Shown in pieces: positions 11,489 to 24,511 of a stretch of 64,000 bases of DNA (the first letter of the stretch is position 1; each line of letters opens with the position of its first letter). Both the position numbers and the translations under genes were made by a program. Origin of the DNA: Yuukianura sp. NJ FZ-2021 (lineage: Eukaryota). Below the pieces are notes generated by a model. The model worked only from the letters and a program-made list of their open reading frames with translations. It was not told where the DNA came from and searched no databases. The DNA lies in NCBI GenBank assembly GCA_046563655.1, contig CM102285.1:4712001-4776000 (forward strand). Direction: 5' to 3'.

Positions 11489-12790
11489 TTATTCGTGTCG
11501 TATTTCAACAACAATTGATTTGGCAGCCAAGTCATACATAGTCCGTTGATGTTCAAATTGGAAGAGCGTGAAGCAGAAGGGGAAGAGAATTGCTAGACTC
11601 AAGTTCTTTATGCAGGAGCGAAGGAGTGCCCTCTGGAACGGAAGGAAGGAGCCAGGGGAAACTAGAACTCGAGTTGCCGGGAGTCCACCGGCGTAAAACT
11701 GGATGTTGACGTTGTTATTTTGGTACATGTCGGCGGAGATGGGTATCACTTGGTTACTGCAGTCCAAGACTCTCAAACGCATGAATCCTTTTCCTGGAGT
11801 TGCACCGCCTTTGAACAAGCAGTACGTCTGCAAAGATTAAACAAAAAGTTAAGACGTCTAACAAAAGGAATTGGCAGATATTGGAACAGTAAGTGAGAGA
11901 TGTTTTCAAATGTACCTCAAAAAAGCAAACAATAATACGGTGAGTAACTTCCAGTACGAACAATTCCCAAGAAATCGTCATTGCCAGTTCAATGAGGTCT
12001 CCAGATTCCTGTAAAGCTTCCAAATCCACGTTCTCAAGGTTTCTTGAAATTATAAACGGCAAATAAGTTATTGCTAAGTTTGAACCATTCAAATTCATTA
12101 AAAGATTAATTTCAAATAAGTTTTTAAAGTCATACATGAGTTCAAAATTCTCGATGATGGAAAACGTAACAAAGAGTTTGACCACCAGGAGGAGTAGAAA
12201 GTCAATACATTCTGCGACGACTCTTTTCCACAGAGGAGCGATATTAAAATCTATATCGAAAGTAAAACATAGTAAGTTTACAGAAACTACGACTAGCACA
12301 TAGGGTTTTCAAGCAGTTGAAATAGAATAATCTTACCAAATGCAATGTTGTTCTGATTTGTTCGGATTCCGCGAACCAAAAAACGTCTGTATTGTGGATT
12401 TTGCATATTGAGGTTTGGCTCGACCACATTATTGTTGTTCAAACCCCGGAAATTCAGATTGTAGAACTCGCGACCAGGAAGGTTTGCATTTTGGGGTACA
12501 GAGGATGAGGAAGACGTCTGCATTCCGCGATGCCAAGGATACATCATTCCAAGGGCAGTGTAGTAAGCCGAAACTGCGCATTCTCTCTGCCAATATGCTC
12601 TTCCTAGCCAGTTTTCAAGCTGCTTGAAGTATTCTGCCATGTTTCCGTTATATGGTTTATATTCCATCACTGGATATTGCGAAGGTGGGATGGTAGAGTC
12701 GCTGTCTGTAGCTTGACTGGAAGAGCTTGGATCATTTCCATTGGAAGCAGACGCTGGTTGTTGTGAATGATTAACCGCGTTGTCGTCCAT
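11489..12790 (-). CDS. FAM8A1: FAM8A1-like RDD-domain protein (multi-exon)
   Basis: EYFKQLENWL, IAPLWKRVVAECIDFLLL, GGATPGKGFMRLRV, RALLRSCIKNLSLAILFPFCF and RTMYDLAAKSIVVE lie across GT-AG-bounded exons. Confidence 0.9.
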
Positions 12791-14021
12791 TATTGAGACA
12801 AGTAACCAGAAATCAAACGCGCCTTCTCTTCTTTCCAAGTACTAAATAACCTGTAAATTACAAACGTTGTTAATTGTTGTAAATTCTTCGCCCTATGCGT
12901 ATGTTTACAATTTTTACACCTATTCCTTTTCAAACAGTGGAAAGAGAATCCGAATGAAGTCTAGGGAACCTAGGTGAGGTTGTGAACGATTCTACGAAAC
13001 ACGAAAAAAAAAGGAATCGATGGTAGATAAAATGTTTAACTTTAAGCTTCATCAAACAATCAAATATTGAGAGTTATTGGAACCAACAGATTAGAAATCC
13101 AAACGAAACCTTACTCCAAGTGTCCAAGTCCAAATGATAGTGCGATATTCGGGCAATATAAAAATATTTCTTACCACCGTTTCACACGAACCCCCCGTTC
13201 GGATTTTCGCAAATATCAAAACAGTACGAATATTTATTGCCCCGCTTATTTAACTCACCGATCGATGCTCCGATGCTCGTGGAAATCAAATCACACGTGT
13301 ACGACGTCGACGTGTACAATGCAGAATTGTAGCACCACAGGCGGACTGGAATCTGCAAATTATTTAGGCCGTGAAATCAATCAACGGAAGGTAGCCAGTG
13401 AAGTACAGGAGAGGGAAGACCATGAAATAAATAAAACAACAGCTGTGAGATCAATCATTAACCTAAATTCTATTCTAAACTAGTAAATAGTACGAAGATT
13501 TAAATTCAGATTTTTCAATTTAGTAGGATTTCAAACTGTAGGGTTGGCGCCTCTTATTGGCGGTTGAAGTACGGGTTAACAATTACAACTAAACACACCA
13601 TGAAAGTGTAACACATTCCCGCAGGCAGACGCTGTGTAACGGCTTGCCTTACATTGCTAACCTAACCTACCCCACCACGATAAATATACATGGGGAAAAT
13701 ATTTCCTTAAAACAGGCGAAATGTTTAAGTATTAAATATTTTTAATGCAAAACCTCGAAATATTTACTTAATTAACATTAATGGTATGCGGAAAATCAAT
13801 AAATATTTAGCAATAAAAACACCCAAAATATTGATTTCACTAACATTACGGGCATGAATGCATAGTTTTTCCACGTATAATGATAACGTATGTAGCCACA
13901 CCTTAATGTAACTTACGGTGGTGATTACACCTAACTGCATGGTGTATACACCATTGTACCTGCGCCCTGCTGCAACACTCCAGTCAACCAGTAAATCAGA
14001 ATTCAACATTACATATATGTA

Positions 14022-14170
14022 CCGTGTAGTATTTTGCTAACGGGAATGACTAGGGTCCGACTATTCCCTTGACATGTGTTTTTCTCCTTTACCTCAATGA
14101 GAAAAACGACGTGGCAGGGGAATAGTCAGACCCTACTCATTCCCGTTTAGCAAAATACTACACTACACAG
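14022..14170. mobile_element. Short palindromic MITE-like element (about 150 bp)
   Basis: Imperfect hairpin GTGTAGTATTTTGCTAACGGGAATGA...TCATTCCCGTTTAGCAAAATACTACAC, flanked by TA on both sides. Confidence 0.6.
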
Positions 14171-15321
14171 TATATATCGGAATACAATGAATGAGCTAAA
14201 TATACGCCTGGCTAAACGTCGCATTTCGGATTCCACGGAAATGTGCGATGGTGCGTACCCAAGGTAAATAAAATACTCCTAGGTAGTGCGGATAGAAAGT
14301 TTGTTTGGTTGCCATGTGGAAAAAAAAATGACGTCACCCGCTGAAAAATACCGGAATTCTGCGTATTAATGATGGTGTCCTATAGAAACCCGCAAACCAC
14401 ATCTTGTTTACATAGATGCCAGCGGGTTAAAATATCACGATTACGGTATTTTTTCAGCTAGTGACGTCACAAACAAAAAATTGCGTTGGTTGCTAATGGT
14501 GCTGATTGCAGGGGGCTGGTGCGTACCGAGTTTAATAGGAAAGAAAGAGGCTTGGTTCTGAAAGAAAAAACTCTAACCAAATTGAAATCTAATGTTATTG
14601 AAATATTACCGCAAATTCTCACTGACCGACCGACTACTCTGGTGTAATTTTTAAGAATTCGAGGAGTCCGAAGTGTACAACTTACAATCCGAGGAACTTG
14701 ATACCACATCGCATACTATGCACACATCGCACAACATCCGAGGAGTCCGATATCCGACGAATCTGGTCTTTAGCCGGACCAGAAATTTATTTGAATTTGC
14801 AAAGCGCCAAGATTGATGTGAGAATTCTGAATCTTTGCCGTGGTCGCGGTGCTTGAGAGTGCTGCTGCTGCTCCTTCTCCATCAATGGGTGAGGTTACGT
14901 TTCTTTTCATCTTGTCTCCTCTCATCGCCATTTGGTAGTGTCTCCTCTGTCGTCTTCGTCTCGTGGGACTGTTGTCGGTCGTCGGTGTCAATTTTCATAA
15001 GTAGCGGTAACTTATAATTTGTAACTCATTGAACTTGAAGTTGGAGATAGTAGTAAAAGGCTAGGTTACCTAACCCAAAGAAACGTGTTGTTGAGTGTTG
15101 ACAATCTGCTCTTCTGCCCGTCGTAATCTGCTCGTCGTAAAGGAGCAGCAACAGCAATTAGTTTCCAGCAATAGTACATAGGACTGTCAACCATCTTATA
15201 ATCTTCATATTTTCCCTTATTCACAGCTGCCGGTAATGAAAAAATCTAGTGAGACGAATTTCATGATGAATTTGAATTGAAAGTGTAGTTTTGGTTTTTA
15301 ATTGTTCAACAGGTTTTCGAG

Positions 15322-18300
15322 ATGTCTTTGAAGGATGCACTACTGGAGTGTATGGAAGGCACCCTGTCCCCAGATGGAACCCTTAGGAACGCTTCTGAAG
15401 AAAGACTGAAAGTGCTCGAAGTTACGGAACGCTTTGGAATCGACTTGGTTGAAGTGATTCTGGAACCTTCTTATCCCCTCCTCTGCGACAGCTCGCCAGT
15501 GTCCTTCTTCGGCAGTACGTCGATATGCACTGGACTTCAGTTGCAGAAAAGTAAGTGATCATCAATCCATAACTTTTTAGCTACTAGAAAGAACTCGATC
15601 GAGTGCAGCGTACGTGGTGATGGTACTTCTCTATATTTAATTTACTGTGGGCTTTTTTATGCGCTGCCTTAGAACAGCTGGAGCTGGAGCTGCGGAAAAC
15701 ATCCTAAGACCTCCGTCGTCCGTCCTAAGAACGATTTATTAACCCTTTTTATTTTCTAGGTTTTCTGTGCCGGAAGTAAGTGATGAGGTAAAATGTGCTT
15801 TGAAATCCACGGTTCCACTCGCACTGACGGATCCAAACAGTAAAATCCGTAATTCGGTTGCTTCTGTTATTTCAAAAATTGCACATTGGGACTGGCCAGA
15901 GTGTTGGCCAAATTTGTTTCAAGTTCTGCTAGAAAATCTCAAGGATCCAAAGGTACGATTATTTAGCATAAATATTTTTATTGATGTCACGTGAATTTAT
16001 ATTCAACTGCGTTATGTTCGCTTTGTGTTCATCAAGGGAGTGCAAGGGGCCATGAGAGTTCTTACGGAACTAATGAAAGAAGTTACTGATGCTCATATTG
16101 TACAAGTTGTGCCGATTATTTTGCCGGAAATGCTTCGAATCTTGGCTGACCCCCTAAATTACACTGTGGATACTCGCATGAGGGCGGTTGAAATTTTTCG
16201 GTAAGAAATCTCCGAATTCAATCGATAAATTGCTCTTCTTTTCGATTTTGAGGATTTTCTTACAAACTAATGACAGTTTATAACAAGGTTAATTCAGGGT
16301 TACGTGCTAGCTATTATAAATATCGAATGGGCAATGTGATTATCATGTAGCCCCATATCACTCGCGCGTCAATGACCTGTCTGTTTATTTTGTAGTACTA
16401 CGGTTCGTCTGATTACGACAGTGGCTGACGTTGACAAGACTGCTATAAACACTTACTTGGGGCCGAGTTTGGAACCTTTTCTCCAGCAATTCGTCGTCTG
16501 CTTACAAGAGAAGAGCACAGAATATAAAGTTTACGGTCTTCAAAAGAGCATCGTTAAGGCCATCTCGTTCCTACTCCGTGAATGCCCCAAAAGGATGGCT
16601 CCGTTTCTACAATTTATTTTGAAGCCCATTTGGGATATTCTTACTTCCAATATTGACGAATTTCGTCGCTACTACAACGGCGAAGCTGACGATCCAGACG
16701 TAGATTCCGACGGAGAGGAGTGTGGGATTGAGGGAGCAGTTTTTTCCGTTTTTGGTCTCATCCAGATTATGCTGGAGAACCCGTCGATGAATGGACTCGT
16801 TAAATCTGGACTTGTAGACTTGATTTACTACATCATATTCTACATGCAGGTTCCACAGGTAAAGTGGCCAAGCCAAAGCAAATAGCTTTCTTAGTATAAA
16901 GCATTATCATTGTTCTCTAGAAATTGGGAAGTGTTTAAGATTGACTATCATGATTAGGAGCGCGTCGAGACGTGGATTTCTTCACCATCTACATTTGCAG
17001 CGGACGAAGATGATGACAATGCGACGTACACACTCCGTGTTTGCGCTCAAGATCTACTTGTTCTTGCTTGCGATGAATTCCCGGAGTCGTATGCTGCGTT
17101 GGGGCAGGCCGTAGACAGACACCTCTCCGGGCCAACTGATTGGAGACTTCAAGAAGCGTGCCTTTACGCCGTATGCTCGCTGGGCACGCGTATTGTGAAG
17201 CCTGTTGGTAAAGATGCTGAGGGTTCTCCCATTACGAACCAGGAGTATTTCAACATCCATGGATTTATCCAAGTAAGTTTACCCAATATTCTGTCATTTA
17301 CTACTAGTTGACCATGGAGGTGACGTTTTGATTTTGCGGGGGATCTGAAATGTCTTTTTTTATTCATTCAACAGAACATTGTGTTTCCTGGCCTGCAATC
17401 TCCTGACATTCTTTTAGCCGGAAGGTGCCTTGTGCTGGGAAGTAACTTTTGTACCGTTTTGACGCCGGATTTGACAAGACAGTTTGTCCAGGCTGCCGCC
17501 CAATGTATCATACAGCAGGATCGAAATTTGATTTCCAAGATACTTGCTGCTAAAGCAATTAATACGTTTGTGGAGCAAGCCAAGGAGAACTTGACAGTGA
17601 AGATGGTATGAACACTTAAATAGCATTGTATACATCAAGACTGCCGTTTCCAGTGGAACTTATCGTGATGATGACGTAGTAATTAATATATGTTCATACT
17701 CTTTATTTTGCATAGGCGCTCTTGGAGTTCATTCCGGATGCCGTGGATTCTTTAATTGCATTTGCTGCTACGCAACCCGTGGAGATTTCTGCAGGTTGTT
17801 TGGAGACAATGGTTCTTATGCTTCAGCTGGACGAGGGCTTCACGACGCTGGTTGGATTTAGAATGACCACGCTTGCTATTGCGTGCTTTGTCAAATTTAA
17901 CGGTGATCCGGTGATCTGTCCAATGTTGGAAGACATGGTACGTGCACTATGTCAGAACCAAAGCTGCGTTCTTCCTTTGCAGCAGCGATTTACACCTACT
18001 CTGGTCTCAGTATTGAGTAGCGAAAATCCTGACTTCGGTAAAGCAAAATAGTTCATACTCAAATGAGATTGCTATAACTATAAAATACTTGAGCGTTAAT
18101 TCTTGTCTTAATAGTTGGTGCTCAAGGAGTGGCACTCGACATTCTATCGGTGATTATCAAAGCGTCTCCTGTTCCTTTAAGCCCGACTCTCATGAACGAC
18201 GCTTTTCCAGCAGTTATTCACCGTGTCTTCAATTCGGACGATCACACAGTCCTTCAAAATGGAGGAGAATGTCTCAGAGCCTTCACCGCAACATCTCCAC

Positions 18301-19357
18301 AGCAGGTTTACGAATACAGGTACGTTTAAAATTTTCCGTGTTATTTTCATACTGTGTTCTTTAGTCAAACAAGTTCGTCTGATCAAAACGTAATCTTTTT
18401 ATTAGAGATGCTGAAGGAAACTCGGGACTGATTCATGTTGTTGAACTCGCTTGTCGCCTGTTAAATCCAACCACATCCGAATTTTCAGCCTCCTTTGTAG
18501 GGAAATTGGTGACTACACTTATAATGAAGACTGGAGATAAATTGGGGGACCAATTGGAACTTCTTCTGCGTGCCGTTTTGAGTAAACTTCAGTCAGCAGA
18601 TACATTGAGTGTAATTCAGAATCTTTGTATGGTTTACGCTCATTTGATCAACACACAACTGGAGGCAGCCTTGAATTTTTTGGACAGCGTTCCTGGGCCG
18701 ACTGGTTAGTTACTTTTTTTAATGTTTAGTTTGCTGTTACCTTTAAATTTATTTTTTATTTTTTTTTTAGGTCAGTCTGCTCTCCACTTTGTAATGACCG
18801 AGTGGACTGCTCGGCAGCAGTGTTTTTTTGGAATCTTTGATCGGAAGGTGAGCGCCATTGCGCTGAGTAAGCTTCTCCAACACGGAGTTACTCACAATGA
18901 TCCCAGATTGTCTCAAATACAAGTCAGAGGAGACCCAATTCCAGATCCAAGCAACGTTCGAGTAACTCGAAGCAAGGCGGCTGCCAGACAAGAACAATGG
19001 ACGATTATTCCCCTTCTTGTCAAGATTTTCAAACTACTCGTCCATGAACTTTCTACTTTTACCTACGAGGAGTACGACTCGGATAATACGACAGATTCTG
19101 ACAATGAGAAAGAAAATGACACATATGGAATTGGAGGGATGCCTCATGGCTACTTGGGAGACGAATTGTTCCAGGACACTATTGAGCTGCTGGACGATCC
19201 GGACTTAGTTCATGATCCCATCTACTCCGTCGATTTGGAAGCTTACCTGAAGAAGTACCTAGCAGATTTTAGCACACATGTTTACTACAGAGAATTTATT
19301 CAACATTTGACGCCGTTGGAAAGCAAAGTACTCCGCTTAGCAGGAATTCTGTGTTGA
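15322..19357 (+). CDS. IPO9: Importin-9 (multi-exon; one apparent frameshift in exon 1)
   Basis: EERLKVLEVTE, RQLASVLLRQYVDMHW (shifted frame), IAHWDWPECWPNLF, DVDSDGE, VLQNGGECLRAF, LLLRAVLSKLQ, VPGPTGQSALHFVM, WTIIPLLVKIFKLL. Confidence 0.95.
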
Positions 19358-19619
19358 CTACGATTCAAAATTCTACACAAGCCTTTTATTCCAGCCTCTT
19401 CAACCCAATAGTTGCTAACACTGTAATGTGAGTTGCTTTAATTTTGTTATTATTATCTATTCACCTCGCAATAAACGGTATTTCGGTATTGCAATTGTTT
19501 GGAGATTCGTGTTTTGACGTTCCAATTTAAAAGCATGTCACACTAAATATGAACAAATTGAAATGTTAGAATCATTTAAGGTCCACAGTACTAATGAGTG
19601 ACTGTTTTTGTTTTCAACT

Positions 19620-22600
19620 TTAGCAGCAGCATATCCCTTGCTGCGTGTTTCCGTTCACTGGTTTTGGTTGACATAACTTTGATTTCCCATTGGTGTCAAA
19701 AATCACAGTGCATTGAAACGTCACCACATGACAGCTAGGACTAACCTGACCGGGGTTCATTTGCTGTTGTCGGAGTCCATTGGCGGTGTAAGGTTGTGGT
19801 TGTCGTCCAGTCATTGATTGTTGGACGTAGTGTTGATTAACCGGAGTCATTTGGCCAGGGTAGTACGTAACAATCCTTCGCTGGTAAACACGGCGTCCGG
19901 TAGTAACTGGATAAGTAGTCATCATAGGAGTATCATCTGTGCGTTGCGGAACATAAGGTCTCTGTGCCATACCCATGACAGAATCTCCACTTTGATGTTG
20001 GACGCTCGGTGTCACTTGTGAAGTATATGGCCTGTTTCCGTTTTGAATTTGAGGGGTTTCTGGTCTTTGTGCCTGGGCATTCGCTTGGGGTGCCTGAAAC
20101 ACTGCTGACAAATCAGTTTCCTGCACATTGGGCGTTGCGCCACCATTTGACGACGGAGTGCCTCCATACTGTGTTTGGCCAATTGCAGGTCGCCGTTGCT
20201 GACCGTTTGGGTTTGTTGTTTGGAATACTGCAGAAGTTTGTGTTTCCGATTCGTGAACTTGCTGAACCGTACTTCCAGGTTGGCGAGGGGTGATGTATGG
20301 CGTTCGGCCTGAATCTGAGATTGCTCTGTTGCCATGTTGTGGTGAAGCCTGAAACATCGCTGAAGTGTCCGTTTCATCCAGTACTTGTCCTCTTCCAGTT
20401 AGGTGATGCTGGTTACGGTAACCATTCTGAAGTTGGTAACCATTCCCGTTTCTAGGTTGGTTGCTGTAACTGTATTGCGGTGGAGTCGGTTCCGTTATTT
20501 TTTGTTCCGGTGTTTGAGAAGCTCCCAAAGTTTCGTCTTCTTCTTCTTCTCGTTTTTGGGCTTGACCTTGGCTTTCCGGAGTCAATGGGCGTGGAGCGCC
20601 ATTTCGAGGCTGCTGTGGGATCATACTATCTTGATGGGAATCTTCAACACGTTGGACACCGTTACCATTAGCTGGATGGACGGGAGCCGGATATGGCTGA
20701 AAACCGTTCCCCCGAATTCGGTCTTCTGCGGTGGGAGATCTGTCCACTGGCCTTTGGACTTCCGCTGCTGCTGTTCTACTACTCGCTTTAAACCCATTTG
20801 ATTGATACCCGTTTGTTTGAGACCGCATTTTTACTATCTCTGCCTGCGATTCTTGGTAGTTTTGCTGCTCGGTTTCATGATGGGTGGATATCTGGTCACT
20901 GGTTTGGCCAATTGCAGACAATGAAGACGTCACTGGAACGTCTTTGACATTGACAGAGTCCGTGTGGAATTGTGCTTGTCCGTGTCCATTGATCCTCTCC
21001 AGCGGGGCCTGTATAGCATGTTGGTAGCCCCTTCCCTGTCCCGCTCTTCGGGCAGTGTATGAACCTCCGTTTTTCCCATTTACTGCTTGACCATTTCGCG
21101 TAGTACTTTTGAAGTCCCCTGACATCGTTGATGCTGACGATCCATCGTACTGTGATCTTGTTCGATCCTCACGTCCATACCCTAATGAGGAATCTTGCGA
21201 TGTTAAAACAAAAAGAAGTAAAGAATGAAAAGTTGATTCTTATGGGAATTGAAATCTTTCAGCTTGTCTTTACATTTATCAAAAAATTAATTAAGGTGAC
21301 CTCGTGAGACCGTGACATCCCAACATTGCACCATCATCGGCGTCCTCTTTTCTCTTTGAAACACCGTAGGTAAAACCTAAAGTTTTTGGAGGCAGCCCAA
21401 GAACGTGAAATTTGCGTAAAATCTTGCTGCTCAACTTACAACCAAATAAGCTATTCACGCATTGTGTTCCTTTATGTAGTGTAACTACCTTTGATTATAT
21501 GACCACAGAAGTATTTGGACCACCCAGTTTATTTTCTTAAAAGTTCCCTCCAAAAACTTTCTTTCATGGCGTTTCTAATAGAAAAGCGGATGGAGCAATT
21601 TGAGGATATCACCTGTGTGAATTCCGAACTACCTTGAGTGGATGTTCCATCGCTTCCTCTTCCTCGAATCTGGCCATTATTGGAAGAAACGCGCTGATGT
21701 TGGTTGCTATCGTATCCGGAAAATCCGAAGCCGCTCTGTGAAAGACGCTGTTGAAGCTGTAACAATGGTTGACCTTGACCGTCGACTCCTGGCTGATGTT
21801 GTTGCATCACCATTGCATGAGCCCTTGACTCTTGACCTGGTTCTCCAAGGTTCAGTTGGAGTTCAGAAGCCGAAGGGCCATTTCCTGAACTTGAAATTTG
21901 TCCAGCACCAGATCTGGTGCCAAGTCGAAGGGCTGATTGTGCTCCTCCGGCGACGCTGCAGGCACAATTAAAATCTCGGTTTATAAGTTTCGAAACGACA
22001 AACAAGGAATGGTAGCAAGGGTTCATTTAGTGCAGCACAGTCACCATTCCAGCATGACAGAATTCTTTCGCGCTTCGAAAATTAATATTCGTTGGAATCA
22101 GAATGAACATAGTTACTCCCGCCGCCTACTTAGATGAATTATGAGGAAGACGTTTTTCGACTCCACTAGTTTACGTAGTGCAAATAGTTACTCCCACCGC
22201 CTGATGAAATTCTGAAGAGGAAGGTTTTTTGCTAAAGACTATTGTTTTAACAGAGTACTGCGCTTGCTTGTTTCCCATTCTGAATGAGTCCAGTAACTTC
22301 AGCACAGTTAGTACAATAGTTACTCCCATCACCTACTTAGAGTGTGGCAAGCCCCCAAGTAAATCGCGAAAGAAAATTTTCTAAATTTTACGAATTTTTA
22401 GTGCTTTCCCCCATCTCACAGCATTGGACCACCCACGCTATAAAGGAATTTACTCCCCACCCAAGAGAAAATTTTTACTGGGGGTAATGCCGCTCTCTAG
22501 ATGAATTTTGACGAAGATGTTTTTCGAGTCCAGTAGTTTCGGTAGTACAAATAGTTCCTCCCACCGCCTGTTCAGAGGAAATTCTGAAGAGGAAGGTTTT

Positions 22601-24511
22601 TTGCTAAAACTATTGTTTCAAAAGAGTACTGCGCTCGCATCTTTAGCATTCTCAACAGTACAGTAGCTTTAGTACGGTTCCATGTGATTTGGTCAGAAAG
22701 TGAAAAGATCAAAAGTGAAATGATCAGAAAAAAAAGGTCAGAAAAGGAAAGAACGTAACCAAACCTAACCTGAGATCTTTTGAATTCTGACCTTTTCACT
22801 TCTGATCATTTCACTTCTGACCAAATATTTCTGACCATTTCACCTGCTACGCTTTAGTACAGTTTAGTACAAATAGTTACTCCCACCACCTACTTAGATG
22901 AATTCTGAGGATGTTTTTCGAGTCCAGTAGTTTCTATTGTGCAAATAGTTACTCCCGCCGCCTGATCAGATGAAATTCTGAGGAAGACGTTTTTTGCTAA
23001 AACTACTGTTTCAAAAGAGTACTAATGCTGTTCTTCCTCTTCTTCTATTTTCTGAATGAGTCCAGAAGCTTTAGTTCAGTCTAGTGTAAATAGTTACTCC
23101 CTTCCCCTGTTCATATGAGTTCAAAGTTTTACGTTAAATTTATTATTTTGAAACAGTGCTATGAAACGATTCCTCTGCACTCCCAATGAGTCTGTGCACC
23201 TGGTAAATAGTTCAAATAGTTACTCCCTCCAACTGTTTCACCAGATTCCACATTTACAGTGCTGTTTTATCGCGTTGTGCTAATCTAAATACATCTAACA
23301 TGTACAATCATTCACAGGGGTTTCAACTCTTCCGACGAAAACTATTCCATGCAAAGTATTGTTATTAACAATCACCTCGACATACTACCAGTGAGACCGA
23401 CCCCTCCGAGTTGGATGTGCGACTGGCTAAGGCCTCCATACGTAGACTGCGCTTGACCAGAAAAACGTCCATTCCCAGCCACATTTCCTTCAACTTGGGT
23501 TTGGCTACCTGTAAAATTAAAACCGTTTGTAACGCGGCTATTAAATCAAACTAAAGCTACTGAATCGTGAATTGAATAAGTGATTGAATACAAGTCCGGG
23601 TTTGGATGGGTCTGGGCCACGGCCGAAGCATGCATTGCGCGAGATAGGAGATGAGATGAGGGAAATGAATGGGAGAAATTCTCCATGCTATGCTAATTCT
23701 CCTACTCGCCGTACGTAAAACTCCTTAGTGGCCCAGCTCCTATCTTTTTCTTGAGCAAACCCAGACTACTCCGGGAGTAGTCCCACAAGCGTTTTACAGC
23801 AGAAAGTACCTTGCCAGTGTAACTGGTTTTGGTTTGTCCGTTGACCTTCCATAGTCNNNNNNNNNNNNNNNNNNNNNNNNNNNNNNNNNNNNNNNNNNNN
23901 NNNNNNNNNNNNNNNNNNNNNNNNNNNNNNNNNNNNNNNNNNNNNNNNNNNNNNNNCGTTGACCTTCCATAGTCGAGTCTTGAGCCAAACGTTGTTCGTA
24001 TCCGCCAGCAGCGTTTCTGCGCGTTCTATGGAACCTCCGTCGTTCTTTTGTCGAAGTGGAATTCATCTCCATTTGAAGAAGCGGCAAATTGGAACAAAAT
24101 TCCTTTTGAAATCTGGAAACCTCCACACCATGAGAGCCAGTCAAGGGTTTTCCAGCCAACAGAATCCCATGACTCTGACGGTCTGTTGTGTCTTCGATAT
24201 GCTGGACGAAGCAAGCTGGAACTGTCGGATCCTTGTACAAGACAATGTTCGCTTCATGATCATAAAGTGCGCGTACTTCAAAAACTCCTGTTCCACCTTT
24301 AGATTCCTAATAAAAAAACAAAAAAAATAAGAGCACGATTTGAATTATTTAGCTACTATTTATGTTGCTTTTTACTTCCGAGCCCCGTACATTTAAAAAC
24401 ATATATTTCAATTTGTTTAAATGGTCTCACTTGATTCGCTACTGATTTGGCAGAAGTCCTTGTATACCCAAGGATCAAACAAAGAAATAGAGCAAGATAC
24501 TCTTTTAGCAT
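19620..24511 (-). CDS. Large secreted Gly/Gln/Ser-rich low-complexity protein with Cys-containing N- and C-terminal domains
   Basis: Signal-peptide exon (MLKEYLALFLCLILGYT), then exons at about 24307-23810, 23508-23377, 21956-21613 and 21181-19620, plus a possible exon at 21376-21301. Contains an RTRR furin-like site and ends CHVVTFQCTVIFDTNGKSKLCQPK...CCC. Confidence 0.7.
22338..22498. mobile_element. Small TIR element inserted in the tandem repeat
   Basis: AGAGTGTGGCAAGCCCCCAAGTAAA and its imperfect inverted copy TTTACTGGGGGTAATGCCGCTCTCT split the repeat unit CTACTTAG|ATGAATT. Confidence 0.55.
22675..22851. mobile_element. Small non-autonomous DNA element with 8-10 bp TSD (MULE/hAT-like)
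   Basis: Direct repeat GCTTTAGTAC at 22666-22675 and 22851-22860. Subterminal inverted GGTCAGAAA/TTTCTGACC arrays and a central AACCTAACCT. Confidence 0.65.
23857..23956. other. Assembly gap (100 N)
   Basis: N run flanked on both sides by the identical 18-mer CGTTGACCTTCCATAGTC. Confidence 0.99.

Larger units (their letters stand above)
22108..23235. repeat. Degenerate intronic tandem repeat with core ATAGTTACTCCC
   Basis: About 8 copies of the core near 22110, 22184, 22316, 22551, 22872, 22945, 23090 and 23216. The sequences between cores are also mutually similar. Confidence 0.8.

Noticed and set aside
13067..15017. Short ORFs between FAM8A1 and importin-9
   Set aside because: No recognisable motifs or consistent splice structure. 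Probably promoter or UTR sequence.
22108..23235. CRISPR-like array of ATAGTTACTCCC repeats
   Set aside because: The spacers are similar to each other and irregular in length, there are no cas genes, and the context is a eukaryotic intron.
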